Part shown: positions 38,192 to 52,022 of the stretch, one piece after another | Position numbering within the stretch: the first letter of the stretch is position 1 | Layout of the letters: the number at the start of each line of letters is the position of its first letter | Assembly: GCA_000165425.1 (NCBI GenBank) | Contig: CT868660.1 | Location: 248,001 to 312,000 of the forward strand | Length of the DNA stretch: 64,000 bases | Origin: Paramecium tetraurelia | Lineage: Eukaryota | Reading direction: 5' to 3' | Position numbers and translations under genes: made by a program | The notes under the pieces: generated by a model | Told to the model about the DNA's origin: nothing | The model's input: only the letters and a program-made list of their open reading frames with translations | The model's database searches: none

Positions 38192-40010
38192 TCAATTTTT
38201 TAGATAGAAATCAGGAGCTCTTGTTGAAAAAGATCTTATTCTAGTTTTAAATTGGGAGGATTGGATTGGCTTTTTATTTGATGTTTAGTACTAGGATAAA
38301 TCGCATAGAGGTTTGAGTTTTGATGGAAGAAATGACTTTTTAGTTGTTGTAGTTGTTGCAATAGATAGATTATTTTCATTTCCTGTATTGATGGTTGTTA
38401 ATTTTCTCTTAATAATTCTTTTTTTATTTTAAGTATTTTCATCAAAAGAGTGACATGATTCAGAATCTGAAATATCCATTTATTAATGGAATTTTGGGAA
38501 TTCCTTGATAAGTTAAGGAGTTGTTGTCAGATCAATAGCTTTGCAGATATCAATGCCAATCTATTAAAGGGACTTTATTTGAATATCTTTACCATTCCCA
38601 TCTTGATTTGAAATTCTCATTTATAATATGCAACCCATTTTTACAATAGTTCTAATAAAACAATATAAATTACCCTAAAGCGAATGGAAGAGTATTTTCC
38701 ATTTTTGTTGATTTTCCAAATTTACTTTAATTCAAATTAACGTATTGGCAAGTTTATGAAATGGCTGCAATAAATGGTTAATCTTGATCACACTTACCAA
38801 CAAAAGTTATTCCATATCTAATTAATATTTTTTAATATTTTACTTATTAAATGTTTAATGTAAATCTAGAACTAAATGTAAATTTTCGGATTTTTTTAAG
38901 ATTGCTTTTACATGCTGAGCACTAGGGATTAATTTATTAACTTTATGCCATTTTTAGTTGATATCTATTCCCTAAAGTGTAGTGGTACTATTTCCATGGA
39001 TAACACCATCTGGATTCATCAATGGTAAAATTTTGAAACAGAATTACTCTCTTAGATTTTGACCGTCTTAGATTGTTAAATATTAAATGATGGCTTCAAC
39101 CACATACGATGTTATCACTTCTGAAGGATGCTACCTTGCCAGTATAACTATTAAAGGCTTAGATGAATCTCCCATAGTGATCACAGGGCATTAATTACCT
39201 GGATTGATAGTTATTGATTTCAATTTAAAAAAAGATCTAAATTAGGCTAAAATAAATACAGGTTCGACAAAGGTTTCAAGAAGGATTGGAGACTTGTTAC
39301 TCCATAGGGTGGATACAAGGCAAAGTAGGTGATATCTTCTTTTTCAAAGAGATAACTAAATGATAAGGTATAATAGTTAGCGTCTTGATTTTTTTTATAG
39401 TTGTTCTTATAATATTACACATTATCTCCGCCTCTATACCATCCAGTACGAGCAGTGTAGATGTAGGGATTGACACTTAAATATGATGCTGATTTACTCA
39501 AATTGATAATATTCAATTGGAGCATCATTCTTTCTGGAGTTCTTACACTGAAGAAATACCATCTTGTGCAACCATTTGTTTGGGTATCATTATGTAAGAT
39601 CAAATTATATTTTTTATTGGCAACTCTATGTACAGTGTACAAATTGCCACATTCGAAGTTGGAGTCAAAATGAATGGGTCCTTTTGAAAATAGTTGAGTT
39701 CCAGAGTATTTTGGAGATGCAAAATTCTATCCTTTAGGAGTTTAGATAACAAATCTTTAATAAACCAAGGCTGAATTGTTATGCAATTCGTGAAATGTCT
39801 TAAACTAGGTTTATTCTCTTTAAAAAAAGTCGATATCACAGCATTCGAAGTTAAGAACATCTTTTGGAGGCTTATATTAATTATGAAAATAAGGCAAGGG
39901 ACTAATTACTAAATAAAATACCCAATCTAGCCAGGATAATCAAATTTAGGTTTTGTAAATTCAAACGGAGTTTAAAGAATTGGATTTGCAGTCGGTAACA
40001 AATTTTCCAT
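38192..40010 (-). CDS. Cytosolic carboxypeptidase (CCP/AGBL, M14D) homologue, probably catalytically impaired
   Basis: FDSNFECGNL, LHNDTQTNGCTRWYFF, LARQHPSE, PLMNPDGVIHGN, VLDLH; several tiny introns. Confidence 0.88.
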
Positions 40011-40234
40011 TCAATAAGAATTTTTCTGTTAATTATAAAATTATTCTAAAACTAAGAATATTGTACAACGTATTATACTCAGAATAACTTTATTGAAAAA
40101 AAATGTATATAAAAAATAAATGTAAGAGAAGTAACCGATCTTAGATTGATTTGATTAAATGGTAGTTATTATGATGGAAAAGAAGTTATATCGAGTAATT
40201 TTGATGTTTTAAATAAATAAATTAATAAAATTAA

Positions 40235-41299
40235 ATGAGAAGGCCAAATGAAGTTGAGTATAGCAAAACAGCTTTAATGGGTATTTATGATATTAATTTC
40301 AGCTAATTGGTACGAAGATAGGTTGGCTCCTTAATAATTATAGAGAGATCCAGATGCAGAGAAATCAGTATTTAAGGAGAATATAACTAGTTAAGAACTG
40401 TGGAAGAGGGAATATCCATACCTGGAGATAATGGATGTTTACTTCCATTACCTAGAGTGAATCGCAATCCTCCTTACATTACAAAAGAAATAATAGTCCC
40501 AGATGATGGATATGTATGATGATATGAATAATATATAGAGAGAATTCAGGACGGAATTCTAGACAAAATTTGATGCAAAGAATATTTAGAATATGCAATT
40601 AGGTGATTGTAGAGCACTTGTCAAAACAAATGGAGAAAAAGTAAAATTTCCTGAATGTAATCCAACAGTTGCATAAACTGCTGGAGCTAGATCAATAAAG
40701 CAATTAGATCAAACAAATATGCAGCAGATTTTAGTTGACAGAGCTGTTCATTAGGGTTACACAGACTTTGGATCCACATTCAGAAATCATCCAGAGTAGC
40801 ATAATAAATTTTATTCAATTACTACTTACTAATAATCATTTCAGCCTCCTGAAAATAATGTCAAAGAAGTCCTCACTGATAAAAAGGTTAAACCTGTAGC
40901 AGCTGGATGCAGAGAAAGAGATCCCTTTGATTAGGGATTGAAAATGACTTCGGTGATCACAGGTGAAAAATATAGAGATTGTATGATTCATACATTTATC
41001 CAATAGCTGTTGATCCAAAAGAAAACACTTAAGTATAGAGATAATGGGTTCATTGTGGGGATTCCGGATTGAAAACAGCTTAAAATAATTTGAGATCTAG
41101 TAGCATTTAGAATTATAAGAAAACTGCCTATTAAGTTCATCCATATGACATTGCCACTAGTTTACCCATGGGAGGTATATCATTAATATATGTAGATGGT
41201 GTTTACACTCTGCATTCTAAATATACAGATCCTGGACAATTTAGACATATTAGAAGCGATGTCACTAGAATTATGAACAAGCCAATCACAAGAAAATGA
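40235..41299 (+). CDS. NWE-motif ciliary microtubule inner protein-like (CFAP95/CFAP107/CFAP68 group)
   Basis: Spliced N-terminus YSKTALMANWYEDR; multiple tiny introns; ends KPITRK*. Confidence 0.7.
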
Positions 41300-41397
41300 T
41301 GATCTATCTAATGATAATCCAGTCATTTAAATAATTGCAAGACTTCTTTCATAAGAGTAATTCTTTCTATAATAATCTTTATCTTATTAATATAATT

Positions 41398-42327
41398 TCA
41401 TTTGGCTAAATGTAATAATGCACCCAAAGCACCAAACAAAACAGTTGAGCCCAATGCTTATTATTTGGCTCTCTACCAATCCCATGGCATGTGGTCTTTA
41501 TGATATAAAATACCAGAATTGCTCTTCAAATAAGGGTAATCCAAGTGATGATCAGCATCCAAATCATATGTTCTAAAAAGATCTCAAACATAAAGTGATA
41601 CCTCATATTTCTCTCATCCAAAGGAGTATTGAAGTTGGCTCTCTCCAAAACGACCTTACCAATCTTGTCTGCATTCTTGAATCCTGTGAATTAACCCATC
41701 AATTGGAGGTCTGCGTAATTCCACTGTGAATTTCTGCGATTGGCTACATTTCCATATGAATTGTCTTATAACTCTGGCAATTAGGATAGGAAACAATCAA
41801 ATGATTACACTGAAGCGTCTTCCAATTTATGTCTATCTGTTACTTCCTTATATTCATATGGCACAAATCCTAAAGATACAAGAAGCTAATGTTAAACAAT
41901 TTATGATACTCCTTCCTATACTGTTTAATCTGCATCCTCCTTTGTAACCAATGGAACTACGCATTCATATCCTGGCTTCTAAAATTCTGTTCTTGGCACC
42001 ATCATCTATAAGTAATGGAGTGGTCTTCCCTTTACTCTTACTCTTCTGTATAACCACTCATTCAAATTCGAACTATTCCATGGTGGACTTACAAGCTCTT
42101 CATCTCTGAGCTCATAAATTGGTTTCTTCAACTATTCCTTTCTGAATTAAATTTCTGATTCTCTCCATTATTTTTGTACTTGAGCATAAAATGCATAAAG
42201 CAATGATCCACCACTCAAACCGGCACAAATACTATAATATATAGCTTATATTGATTTACTATTTGTAAGTTGGACATTGAGCATTCACTCTGCTGAATCC
42301 ACATAATTACTTAAGGGCAAGTGCCAT
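41398..42327 (-). CDS. SURF1: SURF1/Shy1 cytochrome c oxidase assembly factor
   Basis: TM, then QWRE..RKEQLKKPIYEL..WLYRRVRVKG..GYECVVPL..LLVSLGFVP; C-terminal TM. Confidence 0.85.
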
Positions 42328-43335
42328 TTTTATTAATTATATTAATATAAATAATAAACCTTTTTAGATATGAAATTAAAAATAAAATGTTTATTAATAA
42401 GTTCTAATAATCAATATTATTCCATTTTATCTTATTCAACAACACAATCCCAGAATGGTCAACTGCATATATTAATTATTATATACTCTAATTATATACA
42501 GCGATAAAATAGATATGAATCTATAGAATATTTAACAATAAAGTAAGACTGTTAATATCAATCTAAAAGCTATTTGAAACTCTATAAATCATGTTTAATA
42601 AGTAATAATATCAAATAAAAAGGAGTACTATTTGAGATTTTACTTCATTTATAAACTAATACGAAAGCATCCTCTAATGAGATCAAAAATATAAAGTTAC
42701 ATAATAATTGATTATGATTTCAGGTTAAGATAGAATAATCATTAATATTTCACTTTTGTACCATTTTAAAATAATTGATCTTTAACATCTTATTTATGAA
42801 GCAAAATTTACAAAACAATAAATTGATTCTAGTATAATCTTAAAATCTAAATTTTTTAATAGCAATATTGTAATTGAGATCTGATGTACCAATAACAATG
42901 AGTATCCATGTAAATAATTTCTTAAAAATCTAATAATTATTTTTATTTCTTATTTCAATAGGTCAACTAAACAAATCTGATAAAATTGTTATTTTCTTGA
43001 ATAAAAAGTAAAGTTTCATAACCTGTCAAACAATTATTTTAGTTAAAATATAATTTATTTAATTGCTGCAAGTATTCCTTTCTATCCTTCCAATATTATT
43101 CAATCAGGTTAACTGTATTTAAATCAGCTATAAGTTTCTCAAAGCAATAATAATTTGATTATACAACCACTTTTTCACATAATTAATTTCTAAATTTCAA
43201 CCAAAACCTTTACACTTACAATCACATTTAGATTATATCCAATATTATGCTTATTTTATTTAACTACTGTTGGAAACTGATCAGGGAATGATATTATAAG
43301 AAATATGAAAGAATTAATTTATTAATTTATTTAAA

Positions 43336-46332
43336 ATGGATTAAGAATAAAAGTATCACTTTCACATCCCTTTTGTTAACAATTAGTAGGAGAAAAAGGA
43401 GGAAACAAAGCTTACAATTATAGGTTTGATTGATGTTTCAGCTTCAATGTATACCAGATGGGAGTGGGTAGCTAACTTTTGGAATAAATCAATACCAAAA
43501 GACAATTTAATTACATTAACATTTGATCACAGAGCAAAAAAGGTGCATAATAATGTTTTATCCTAAAATATAGAAGATCATGGTGAAGGAACTACTGAGA
43601 TAGTTCCTGCATTCGAACTTTTAGAGACCGAAATAGTAAAGGTTCCCAAGAATCATAATATTACAGTAATATTCATAAGTGATGGTTAAGACAATCATGT
43701 TAATACAATAGAATAAAGAATGAAATAAAGATTAAAGGGAAATGTTTAAAAACGAAATATCAACTTTATTTGTTTGGGAATTGAAGATGAGTTTCCTACA
43801 TTTTTAGCAATGTAGTTGAGATAATTATATCACAAAGGTGATCCTTAAATTCCTGCATTGTATCTAATTGAACATGCCTCTGAATAAGCTTTTCATAATA
43901 AATTTGAAATAATGAAAAGATATTTTTATTCAACAAAAATGTTACAGGTTAATAATGTTGTTAATTTATTCCCATATGATGAAGAAGTTACAGATGAAGT
44001 GTATGAAGGATAATGGGTTTATAGTTCGAAATCAGACTTAAAGTTTATCAACTATCCTGATGTTTAGATCATTCCAATCGAATAAAGTTAACTTGAGATT
44101 GATGATGTTGTTGATCTCTTTAGATCATGGGTTCAAAACATTTAAATTAGAATTATGGGCAAGCATGAAGATAGCAGAGAAAAGGCTAAGAAATGCTTAT
44201 AAATTGTTAATTCAATTACAAATAGATTAACAGAATACTTTTAGATGGATGTGTTGAATTTCAAGATGGAGGAAATCAATGATCCAAATTAACCATTTAA
44301 AATAAGAGCAAAAAGAAATTATGCTTATAAATATGGAAATAAATTACTATTTTTTGTGAAAGAATTAGCATAACTATCCGAAGGATCCAATCCAAATGAA
44401 GTAGATGATTTTGAAGCAGCTAAAAGGTTGAATATTGGTACAATAGTTGGAAAGCATCATTAAAAGGCTTTAGCATTAAAGGGTATTACAGTATAGGAGT
44501 TTAAATAAATAAGAGAAGAATTTTAATAAATCATTTAAAATTGCAAAATTAATCCTTAGAATGAATAAGGTTAAGAGAGATCAGTCATTTCATTAGAAAA
44601 TTTCAGAGACATTCTCTCTTAAAAACAAGATATTTTAGAAGGATTAAAATTTGTAAAAACATAATATGACTTTGCTGAGACATTCCCATTAGTTGGTCAT
44701 GGATTAAAGGTGAAGAGAAATGATGGATCGTTTGTTAATCCATGGTTAATTTAAGTTTAATCTTTTGCCAAACATAACAAAGTAATAGATTCTGCCTATT
44801 TAATCAAAAATAATTTTAATGTTCAATTATAAATTGGTGATAATTAAACAGAAGAAATCAATTGTATTTTACCTTTGTTCCCATAATCTGACAATGATTT
44901 ATAAGCTGTTCTTAGATCAAGGATAATCAAGTTGCTATTGACCTTTATGGTTTAATAAAATGTAGACACCCTCTATGAAGAAACTTATTTGGCATTGTTA
45001 TCTAATTCGCTAATAAATGTATTGAAAAAGTAAAAATCGTAATGGTAGACTGAAATAATGGAGTAAATCTTTGAAACTACAAAATTAGTATATTCGGGAA
45101 CTAAAAATTTTGAAAATTATTTATAGAAGCTATTACATAATCCAAATTAAGCTTACTTAGAAAAAGAAGCAGAATATGAAGATTACGTATCAACAGCAAA
45201 GCCCTTCATTCATCTGTTTTATTTATCTAAACTAGGGAATGTAGTGAAAGATTTTGAATTAGAAATCGAAAGATTGATTATTTATTATTTCATTAGGGAA
45301 CAATATAAACATCAATAATAGCTATCTTACTTTCTGAAATTGAAATTAGAGAAGCAAGATGAAAATTTTGTTTAAGAATAGTTGAAGGCAACTTTCGAGA
45401 AACATGTTAGCATCAAGAACTTTAGAAACTCAATTACTAAAGAAATAGAGGACACATTATTAGATAAATATTAAAAGGATTCTACAGTGATTGGATTGAA
45501 TGAGGACAAAGTATTCAACCAAGATTTGAAGTTAACTTTAGATGCCATTGAAACTTTCTATGAATAATTTAAGGGCGTTAAATTTGATCAATAAAGATAT
45601 GTACACATCATTTATCATGCTCTCAAATTGTAAGAGAAGGATGTCTTCTTAACAAGAGTCAACTACAATAATTTAAAAGAAATTCAAAAGGCTATGATTT
45701 CAGAAAACAAAGGTAATTTAACTAAAGGAGCTTCAGCGATAAAATTAGCTCTAGAAAAAGAATATTAAGTTTGGTTTATTAAGAATCATATGTTGGTTCA
45801 ACCATTAACATATGAATAATTGCAGATTGAATGCCAATAAAAAGGAATTAATATAAACACTATAGCTTATAATGTAAAATCTGGATTAAGCAGCAATTGT
45901 TGTATGGCAAAATAGTGTCCATACTATTTAATTGTAAATGGTTTAGATTTTAAAAGACATGTCTAAACATGGGGGAGAAAGGTTCCTTAAGGTTTTCATT
46001 AATATGTGAGATCAGAGATTTTGAAAGGATAGAATATTGAATAGATCATTTAATCTTCAACTCAAAAATGGAAGAAATTTCCAAAATTATACTTAGGTAA
46101 TGAAGATATTGTTCATCAATATATCAAATTAATTTCAGAGTCCTTACCTATGGAATATTAAATAAAGGAATTACCAAAAGAATAACTCTTGCATCATTAA
46201 GTTAAATTGACATTCCCATAAAAATAGAAGGTTAAGAAATATGGAAACAAGAGAGGGTAAAATAGATAAAATTAAAGAGGTGGCTATATTAGAGGTCGTG
46301 GAAGAGGAAGAGGTAGAGGTAAAAAACATTGA
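43336..46332 (+). CDS. Large vWA (MIDAS) domain protein with C-terminal RG/RGG tail (998 aa, intronless)
   Basis: LIDVSASM, GTTEIVPAF, VIFISDGQD; tail RGGYIRGRGRGRGRGKKH*. Confidence 0.88.
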
Positions 46333-46862
46333 ATTAATTGTTATTATAATTTTAAATTATTATCTTATTATAATCAATAAAAATTGAATTTGATTTTCTT
46401 ATGTTTTATTATCTTCTATGTTTAATTTAACTTTGATATTCAATATCTATATCTAGATTTTATTTGTATGTAAATTATATATAACCATTTCGGATACTTC
46501 TTGGTAAATCAAATAATATATTATAATGATCTGAAAATTATAATTTAAGGTTCAATTTGAACCATTTCTATTTAATTTCAATTATAATAAAAATAAATCT
46601 TATTTTTATTGAGATCATTATTATATATTTGATATATTTTCTAGTAGTATTATGTTATTATATAATATTGTATAAAGATGTCTGTCTGTCTGTAATAAAA
46701 AATAATAAATAATAAATTATACTCAAAAAGAGAGAAAGATTAATCTTTAATTTTAGGAATATGTAAAGATTATTCTAGTAATCAGAGAATTAGTTGTTGA
46801 TTACAATGTAATTGAAGCACAAGTACATTTAAATAATTAATAAATAATTAATTATATAAAAT

Positions 46863-47379
46863 ATGGCAACTTGGAGAGCCTTAATGTCACCTTCTAGGAA
46901 TGTGTCTCTATAAGAATCTAATTAGAAATCTATCGACAATAGGATTCACACTTAACTTAAGGGGAGACATGCTAAAACTATCACATAGAGTACTAATATT
47001 TCACATCAGAAACCGACGACAAAAAGATTGCACTCTTAATCGATAGATATCGATAAAGCATTTATACAATCATCATCTGATAATTTGTTGGAAGTAATAA
47101 ATTTGGCTATACATAGGAAATTAATGTAATAGATGAATAATCTCATTTGGGTGAGATAAAGGAACTGTTGATGATGAATTAAATTTAATTACAAAATCTA
47201 AATGAGGAAATTGATAAATTTGATTATAATTAAAGACAAATTAAAGCATTATAAAAATAAATTTTGTTTTAGAGAAGGAAGTATAATTTATTAATAAATT
47301 CGTAAATGAATGATTGCAATAAGAAGTTGTAATAGATTTAATGGAAATTACAACCAAATTGTTGATTGAAAGTGATTGA
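46863..47379 (+). CDS. Hypothetical coiled-coil protein
   Basis: MATWRALMSPSRNVS..GRHAKTITQS..; probable tiny introns; ends KLLIESD*. Confidence 0.6.
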
Positions 47380-47532
47380 TATTAGTAAGTATGTATTTAT
47401 CTTTATGTTAATATTATTTTTATAATTTTTAGAGTATTCTATTTAATATAAAAGATAAATAGAAGGTCTATTTATGTTGCATAAGTTTTTAACAAAATAT
47501 AAAATTTAGAATATTAATTAATTTATATAATA

Positions 47533-49022
47533 ATGGAAACTTAAATCACATTAAAGATAAAAACACTAGATAATCAAATCACTTCTTTTTCTATTGATCC
47601 AAACAACACTGTTTAATAATTGAAAAATGTAATTTAAAATAAACTAAACATACCTTTTGATAAGTAAAGACTGATTTACCAAGGGAGAGTTTTAGAGAAC
47701 AATAAAACTTTATAAGATTATAAAGTATTTAGTAAATGAATCGACATAGTTATAAAATGATCATGTAGTTTTATTGCCAGGATAGCCAATATAGGAAGAT
47801 CAACTAATCTAGAATTAAACTCAATAATCATAATAATAATAATAGTAGTCGTAATAAACACAAGGCGTAAATGAATTCCTTGAAATGGATATCTTGAGCA
47901 ACATTCTGAGAACACTAAGTAAAAGAAACCATATATTTTAGGACAGCATCAATATAATAGATAAAATGTAAGAAGAATGGTACAACAATAGAGGAGCAAT
48001 GGTAAGAACTTCAAAGATTTCGATTAGGTTTCAATGTTGACAAGCAAGTATCATTGGAGGGCATAAGATAAAATTACCAAACCATCAAGTAGTTATTAGA
48101 TTCCTAGGTCAAACCTGAAGAATTAAAGCAAGAAGATATTTAGGGTATGTTAAATTGAATTCGACATTTAGGTGAATATGTAAACCCATTTGATCCAAAG
48201 AAACGGACATTCTAGGTTGGATAGTGGATTGATGTGAAGGATACGATTGATCAATGGGTATTTATGTTGTTTTTATTATTTCTATTTTAGCTTGAAGCAT
48301 AAATATAAATAGTTGAATAGAATAGAATTTTTATCCATTATAATGGATGGGGTAGCAGATGGGATGAATGGATCGACATACAATCTCCGAGAATCGCTAC
48401 TTTTAGAACTTATACTGTAGGTAGTGCTAATCAAGACTTTTTATGTCCACATCCAGTTAGTGATCCTGATTGTGAGGTAGAAAAGTAAGAAATTGATATG
48501 CACAAATTCATTTTTGATGTCGGACATATGATGAATTAAGTTACTTAATTGTTAATAGAATTTGGGAGATTCGAAAATAACAAAAGAATTGCTGAGAAAT
48601 AGATTTAATTACAATAACAATACTAATAAATGTTATTGAATAAAAATAAGGAAATGAATCCTGAGGAAAGTCAATTTGAAATGAGAAAGAAAGAAAAAGA
48701 ATTAAATGAATACGAAATTAAATCCAGTTTAATTGGTTCTTAATTGGCACCTATTTTTGATAGGATGGGTCGAATGATGACGGATTTAGCTCCTCATTTA
48801 GCTTTGATGGGATCTAAAACACAAAGAGTCAACAACAATAACTAATAATAATTGCTATTTTAGGTTCCTGTAACTTTAACACCAAATGAAATATACTAGT
48901 CATAATAAAATGCTCCCACTCTTCACAGTCGTCTAGAAATAATTAATAATAGACTCGCTATACTAAGAATGACTGAGTTCATTCAATAAGAAGATAGTGA
49001 TGATGATCATTTTACTATCTGA
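47533..49022 (+). CDS. Ubiquitin-like domain + Royal-family (MBT/chromo-barrel-like) domain protein
   Basis: ITLKIKTLDN..KQRLIYQGRVLENNKTLQDY; FQVGQWIDVKDTIDQWLEA..IFIHYNGWGSRWDEWI; LAPIFDRMGRMMTDLAPHL. Confidence 0.85.
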
Positions 49023-49246
49023 TTTTATACATAATTTGTATAATTATATTTCATAAATATATGAGTTTATTCTACGGAAAGAGCTAAAAACAAAAAATAT
49101 CAATAAATTTATAAATCTCTATTAAGGAGAGCATTATCATATATCCATTAATTTTACTTTGATATACATAGTCTGTATTCTATTTGAATCAAAAATAATT
49201 ATATGATTAATTATAAAAATTTGAACAATATAAATGAAACAACCCA

Positions 49247-51856
49247 TCAATCATAAAAGTCATACTCGTCTTCAAATTATTTTTCATCCTCTAAACAATC
49301 ATCGAATCCCCAAATTCCAATTCCATTACCTTTTGCTTCAATTTCATAATTTTTGAACTCTTTCAAAGGATTGTATAAGACTCTATCATCTATTCTTCCT
49401 AACCTAATTCATTTAGACATAAAATTATACCCTTTTTCTAATACAATTTTATTAATTGTGAACTATAATTCATCTGGTTAGTCTTATGGCTAAAGAGTTA
49501 CAAATTATCTATTGGATGATTTCTCAGTATATGCAACTTTAGAATCAAATTATTAATCAAGTAGCAATTCCCTAAATAAATCAGATGCCTCTTCTGCATA
49601 TTCATGTGTTGATGGAGGAACTCTCAAATAAGCTAAGGAACACATTTTAGCCTATTAAGGAACATTTGTAAATTAAGCAGGCAATACTCCCATATCTTGA
49701 TAGCTGACTTCATCATTATTGCCATAATCTATAAATTTGATTAAGAATTTATCATTCTTAAAGGCTTGCAATACCTGAGCTCTGTAAATTCTATTGTCTT
49801 CAGAAAATCTTGCTAAACACAAGGTCCCTTTCTTTACTGGTTTCTTGAGAGGCTAATAATTATAATAAAAATAAATTACAATCAAAGCTGCTTTTTCAAT
49901 TTGAATTTCTAGTTCTTCAAACTCAGGATTGTTTTCTTTTCTGAGGTAAAATTCATGACAATCATTAACAGCAGTGACAGTGACTTTTTAGATTTGCTAA
50001 TTCTCATTTTTTTATATGTTTCCCTAATTACTTATTTGTTTCTTTAAAGTTTATTTATTTTGTGAAAAGTCTATTATAAATTAAGCGTAGGATTCATTCC
50101 AAAATCCTTTCTTAAGTTTCTCTGCCTCTTTTTAAGCATCCTCATATTTACTATAAAAATCAGTATTATTCTTGATAAATGTTAATCCTTCTTTAAGCAA
50201 TTATAAAGTGAAATCGGAATCTTTATTATTTTTCTTCTCATAAATCTTTCCATAAAACATATTCTCCAAAATATTAAAACTTTCAAAATGAATCCAAGCA
50301 TTTCTTTGTATTAAAATATTATAAATAAATTATTATTTTTTCTCTTCATATTTGGTAACATTTGGAAAACTTGTTGCAAATTCAGATAGCATAGCTATTC
50401 CAGATATGGTAAAGTTAACCATTGAATGATACTTTAATATCGTTACAACAAAGTTTCCATTAGGCAATATTTTATCTATCAATACTTCAAGTTAATTATC
50501 ATCTTTGATTGTAATACCAGTATTCATGCCTGATTATTTTGAACTTTATTTATCTCTCTGAATACTAGACCAAATTATTTCGTTAACACTCTTTCCCTAT
50601 TTCTAATCTGTTTAATCTTCAATTCTCCAAGTCAGTTCTGGACTATACTATCCAAGTTTCTTCTATTTAGCCAATAGATTCATTTATTAAAATTGCTGAA
50701 ATTTAAACTTTGATAACTAAGGATGGTTCTCCTTAGGTGTTGCCCATCCATTGGCAATAAGTTCATCCTCTATATCTAAATTGTTATCGCACAGTTATAT
50801 GGTTTGAAGTGGTATGTTATCTCCTACTTATAGAATATGAACTTGCTTTCCTATTAGTAATTTCCTAGCAAATTCTTTGGCTTCTAATCCTTCAATGAAA
50901 ATCCTATCTAATTTTATTGTCAATATTTCCTTATCAGTTTTAACTATATATTAATTAGCCTCTACTATTTCGACAATTTATCCAATAGTTTAAGAACTAA
51001 CTGAATTGAGCATCCTTCTATCTAATTCTCCATTCTTCCAAAGTCCCAAATTATTTTTTTTAGCTTCCTCTTAGCTCTAAAACAATAATTGAAAAGAATT
51101 TTAAGATAAATTCAATTTGCTAACTTTACATATATCAATACCCCCAATCAGTAATAAATGCATATCCATTTGAAATTAAGGAAATGTAGAATTCATTACT
51201 TAATTCATTATTTTATTAACTTGAAAGATATAAGTCAGCTTTTAGAATTGGAAAGTTAATTGAATTTCTTTCATGAATGACAGTCATAATTTAAGTTCCT
51301 TTGAAAGTTATGGTAAACTCTTTATTAAGCCATTCCTTCTACATAATTTTGGAGTATCCTGAATCTTAAATTGCAAATTCTTTAATAAATTATAATAATT
51401 ACCATCTATATAAATAGCACTAGGAATTAAACTTATCAATGTCTCCTTATTATAGAGGAAATTTAAAATATTTCCTTCGAAAGAGACTAGGATGGCATCT
51501 AAGGATTTATTCCTATGTTATTTGATAAAATCTTGAACTTATTGTGTTTAATTTGGATTCTCATTTTAAACACCAATGAGTTTTAAATGAATTTCTGTTT
51601 CATCTGGAATGTCCTATTATAATTCTGCTCCATTTATTTATAATTAGTTAGCTTTAGTAATGTACAATGCTTCCTTATTGACGAATCTCAATTATTAAAA
51701 GTACACATCTATAGCCTTTTGATTAATATTTGTTTTGGATCTTGTTAAAAAATTAGGAATTCCGTTTCCAACAATAATTGTCTTTTGTTATTAGGTTTGT
51801 ATCAAAAACTAATTGGGAGAAATCAAAGATAATATTTTGCATGGTTGGAGTGCCAT
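49247..51856 (-). CDS. SND1: Tudor staphylococcal nuclease (Tudor-SN)
   Basis: SN repeats (AKEFARKLLIGKQV; AQEEAKKNNLGLW); Tudor KKGTLCLARFSEDNRIYRA..FIDYGN; AKGNGIGIWGFD. Confidence 0.92.
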
Positions 51857-52022
51857 CTAATATAAAAATTAATGAAATTCTTTAATTATTTAGTTCTAAA
51901 ATTAATAAAATTTAGATTCTTATAAAAAATAATGATGCCTATTCTCAACATATAAAAGATGATTATAATTTTATATTTTTAATTTTCATAATTTGCGATC
52001 ACCATATTTTTAATTCTAGATT

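Noticed and set aside
46678..46693. Short (TGTC)n microsatellite
   Set aside because: Only about three units; no evidence of function
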